Below, one piece after another: positions 52,419 to 54,783 of a stretch of 54,783 bases of DNA (position 1 is its first letter; every line of letters starts with the position of its first letter). This stretch comes from Candidatus Nanohalarchaeota archaeon QJJ-7 (GTDB lineage Archaea > Nanohalarchaeota > Nanosalinia > Nanosalinales > Nanohalalkaliarchaeaceae): positions 1-54,783 of the forward strand of contig JALIDP010000002.1 in assembly GCA_022865215.1 (NCBI GenBank). The letters run 5' to 3'. Below the pieces are notes generated by a model. It was not told the DNA's origin. It searched no databases and saw nothing but the letters and a program-made list of their open reading frames with translations. A program made the position numbers and the translations under genes.

Positions 52419-53287
52419 CAGAGATCACTCTCCACGTACCATTTGAGTATGAACGCGTTTCCAAGCCAGGTTATCGGGAGGTCTGCGAAAAGCCCTATTA
52501 TTATTACGGAAGATATCTGGTCGAGTGTGCCTGCTGGGGATACCACATAGAGAGCAGTGAAAGCTGCTATGGCTGCGAAGGTCATCGTCGAACCTGTAAG
52601 AACTGAGTCCCATATCCTGTCGTCCAGGTCCTCCTTCTTCTGCTTTAAAACCCGGGTCGACAGGAGGATATCTGTATCCACGGAGTAACCGAGCAGCATC
52701 AGGAGGGCTGCGAGAGCCCCTAGAGAAAGATCGATACCGAGTATGGACATACCCGCCATCGCGACAAGTATATCGGTGAGAGCAGCGAATATCACTGCGA
52801 GTGACGGTACGATACTCCGGAATGCTATGAAGATAACCGCAGACATTATCAGGATAGCGACGAGAGCTGCCAGTTGAGCTTCCAGGAAGAACGCGTCCCC
52901 GACCGAGGGACCGAGACTGCGGATGCTGAGTCCTCCCGACTGGTAAGAGACCCCTGCTTCTTCTAGCAAGCGTTCTACCTCGTCCTGCTCGTAGACCTCT
53001 GTGGTCGTAACCACGATCCACTTGTTACCCCCTCCAGTCATGGTACGAGCGGAGGATTCCGGCCCGAAGATGCCTTTAACCTTGTCTGCCGTAACGCTCT
53101 CTTCCACAGGTATATGGATCTCAGAACCGCTGGTGAAGTCTATACCTTTCTGCACGACAGAGCCCGTGTTAACATAACTGTATCCTAATATAGATACTGC
53201 GAGGATGAACATGAAGAGCGGCACCACCAGAATCTTCTTCGGGTGCTGGTAGATCCTGTCGAAAACCCCTCTCAGACTATAGTCCAT
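52418..53287 (-). CDS. secF: Protein-export membrane protein SecF
   Basis: From the ATG at 53287 (MDYSLRGVFDRIYQHPKKILVVPLF...). It contains GIDFTSGSE and the C-terminal TM bundle GYSVDTDILL. There is a 1-nt overlap with the secD start. Confidence 0.85.
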   Translation of the reverse strand: MDYSLRGVFDRIYQHPKKILVVPLFMFILAVSILGYSYVNTGSVVQKGIDFTSGSEIHIPVEESVTADKVKGIFGPESSARTMTGGGNKWIVVTTTEVYEQDEVERLLEEAGVSYQSGGLSIRSLGPSVGDAFFLEAQLAALVAILIMSAVIFIAFRSIVPSLAVIFAALTDILVAMAGMSILGIDLSLGALAALLMLLGYSVDTDILLSTRVLKQKKEDLDDRIWDSVLTGSTMTFAAIAAFTALYVVSPAGTLDQISSVIIIGLFADLPITWLGNAFILKWYVESDL

Positions 53288-53362
53288 AAAGTGGGAAACC
53301 CTCTTGACAGGTATCTTGTCGGGAACGAATAAATTTAAAGGTGGCAGCGGTGAAAGCACGGT

Positions 53363-54783
53363 ATGGATACCCCGGATCTCAGGGAGAAGGTTGAGTCGTT
53401 CAGAGAGAAAGAGCCCAGAGAGTTGCTGCATGACTCCCGTTACGGCCTTCTTCTCTCAGCTGTTTTTGCGTTCGCTCTATGGATAAGGATGATCCCGGAG
53501 AACGGGATGCAGTACCTGCAGGCGCTCGACCCGTATATGATAGCGAGGCTTTCGGAGGCTATAGTGTCGGAAGGGCAGTTACCCCTGATAGATGCCTGGC
53601 GCTACTTCCCGTACCTTACACCGACTTTCCAGCTCAATCTCGGAGATATCGTGATACCTGCATACCTCTACCATCTCGCGTCCCCGTTCATGGACTTCAT
53701 GACCTGGGCCCAGGTCTATCCCGCGCTTTCAGGAGCTATGATGGTCCTGGCTATGTATTTCATCGGTAAGGAGCTGTTCGGTAAACAGGCGGGTATCCTG
53801 GCGGCGTTCTTCCTGGCGACCGCACCCGCGGTACTTCACCGTTCTTCCGCGGGCTGGTTCGAGAAGGAGCCGTTCGCGGCCTTCCTGATGTTCACCTCGA
53901 TATACTTCTTCACGAGGGCCTGGAAGCGGAAGGAATGGTTCTCCGGCATGGCGGCGGGAACCGCTCTAGGTATAGCACTGACGGTCTGGGGAGGTGCAAA
54001 GTTCCTGGTGCTGCTCTACCCTCTTATCGTATTCCCTGTCGCTTTCATCGATGAAGATATAGAGAACCTCCTGATCGCGTTCACACCGACACTGATCCTC
54101 GGCCACTTCATAGCTGCGATCTTCAACCCTTCCAGGTGGAGCGTCCCGAACGGAGGTCTGGTGGTAGGCCTGGGAGTTCTCGGGATGATCTGGATACGTT
54201 ATTACGTGGAGGAATACGAGGTCCTGGAAGAAGGCCAGCTGAAGTACGTTGTCCCTGGCCTGACAGGTATCGGAGGACTTCTTGGGTTCCTTTCACCACT
54301 CTATTCGCAGAGACTGGCGGGTTATGTCATGTCGTTCGTCAGTAAGGCATCGCAGGGTTCTGCGGATGTCGTAGGAGGTACAGTGGCAGAGAACCAGGCG
54401 GCGCAGGCTGGACAGATAATAGGTCAGATCGGGGCGTTCAGGTCCCAGCAGGTCCTGCCATCGGGGATTGCGTCTGTATCTGAGTTCTTCAGCGGCTGGA
54501 CGTTCTCCCTGATAGGCACATCGCTCCTGATAGCAGTGATCGCAGGGATGCTGATAAAGAAGTATTCGAGCAAGGATTCGTTCGTTCCCCGGGCAGGATA
54601 CGTGGCCTTCGCGATCTCTTTCATGGTTTTGTCGGCTTCCCTAGTGCTTATGCTTATTAAACCGCAAACTCTGGAGTCCGTGGTGGCCGCATTCTTATTT
54701 TCCACAGTGGTGGCTCTTGTCGGTACAGTGTTTTTCCTCCTGTTCCCTTCGGAGGAGATTTCACCGGATGAGAGATGGTATCT
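53363..54783 (+). CDS. aglB: Oligosaccharyltransferase AglB (STT3 family), 5' part running off the right edge
   Basis: The frame is open from the ATG at 53363 to the window end (473 codons, no stop, so absent from the track). It is multi-TM, with a first-loop acidic motif (QALDPYMIARL), WFEKEPFAAFL, and the EL5 motif GGTVAENQA (TIxE/SVSE-type). Confidence 0.85.
   Translation, partial: MDTPDLREKVESFREKEPRELLHDSRYGLLLSAVFAFALWIRMIPENGMQYLQALDPYMIARLSEAIVSEGQLPLIDAWRYFPYLTPTFQLNLGDIVIPAYLYHLASPFMDFMTWAQVYPALSGAMMVLAMYFIGKELFGKQAGILAAFFLATAPAVLHRSSAGWFEKEPFAAFLMFTSIYFFTRAWKRKEWFSGMAAGTALGIALTVWGGAKFLVLLYPLIVFPVAFIDEDIENLLIAFTPTLILGHFIAAIFNPSRWSVPNGGLVVGLGVLGMIWIRYYVEEYEVLEEGQLKYVVPGLTGIGGLLGFLSPLYSQRLAGYVMSFVSKASQGSADVVGGTVAENQAAQAGQIIGQIGAFRSQQVLPSGIASVSEFFSGWTFSLIGTSLLIAVIAGMLIKKYSSKDSFVPRAGYVAFAISFMVLSASLVLMLIKPQTLESVVAAFLFSTVVALVGTVFFLLFPSEEISPDERWY

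Noticed and set aside
52425-53021. 198-aa minus-strand ORF, Arg/Gly-rich
   Set aside because: It is an alternative frame inside secF with non-protein-like composition.
53304-53769. Two track ORFs (60 and 96 aa) at the start of the right-edge region
   Set aside because: They are out of frame with a 473-codon open frame from 53363 that shows clear STT3/AglB features. That longer frame is missing from the track only because its stop is outside the window.

Overview
Gene-dense archaeal chromosomal segment of about 55 kb, with roughly 60 protein genes on both strands. I found no rRNA, canonical tRNA, CRISPR array, transposase or integrase.

Gene content, left to right:
- Left end: secE-spt5-rpl11-rpl1-rpl10-rpl12 cluster, then alaS, a COG2403 GTPase, a UbiB kinase, an SDR, Hsp20, rtcA, priS, an aminotransferase, tyrS, ribB, serS, topA, radB, cdc48, map, pckA and polB.
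- Middle: two histone-fold genes, RPA, radA, a PRC-barrel protein, an ExeA/Orc1-like AAA+ ATPase fused to a wHTH, ThpR/LigT and DUF167.
- Right: the replication operon orc1/cdc6-dp1-dp2, then NAC, secD, secF and the 5' part of aglB (STT3).

Likely host (inference only): the proteins are very acidic with long poly-E/D tails and are often short. TATA boxes sit about 27 nt upstream of many ATGs, which suggests leaderless mRNAs. This fits a salt-in halophilic, small-genome archaeon. A Nanohaloarchaeota/DPANN-like organism is my guess.

Most notable observations:
1. An ORB-flanked origin lies upstream of orc1/cdc6. A second, tandem same-orientation ORB cluster sits at the other end of the orc1-dp1-dp2 operon, and the two share an identical 13-mer.
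2. The PolD large subunit carries a 490-aa LAGLIDADG intein.
3. Three uncharacterised tandem paralogs form a tight operon downstream of a CBS/zinc-ribbon gene.
4. Two unusually long non-coding spacers (30371-30796 and 32868-33469) show strong RNA-type secondary structure, repeated palindromes and TATA boxes. One has RNase P RNA-like motifs.
5. The ribosomal stalk proteins have atypical acidic tails.

All functional calls come from reading the translations. No database search was possible.
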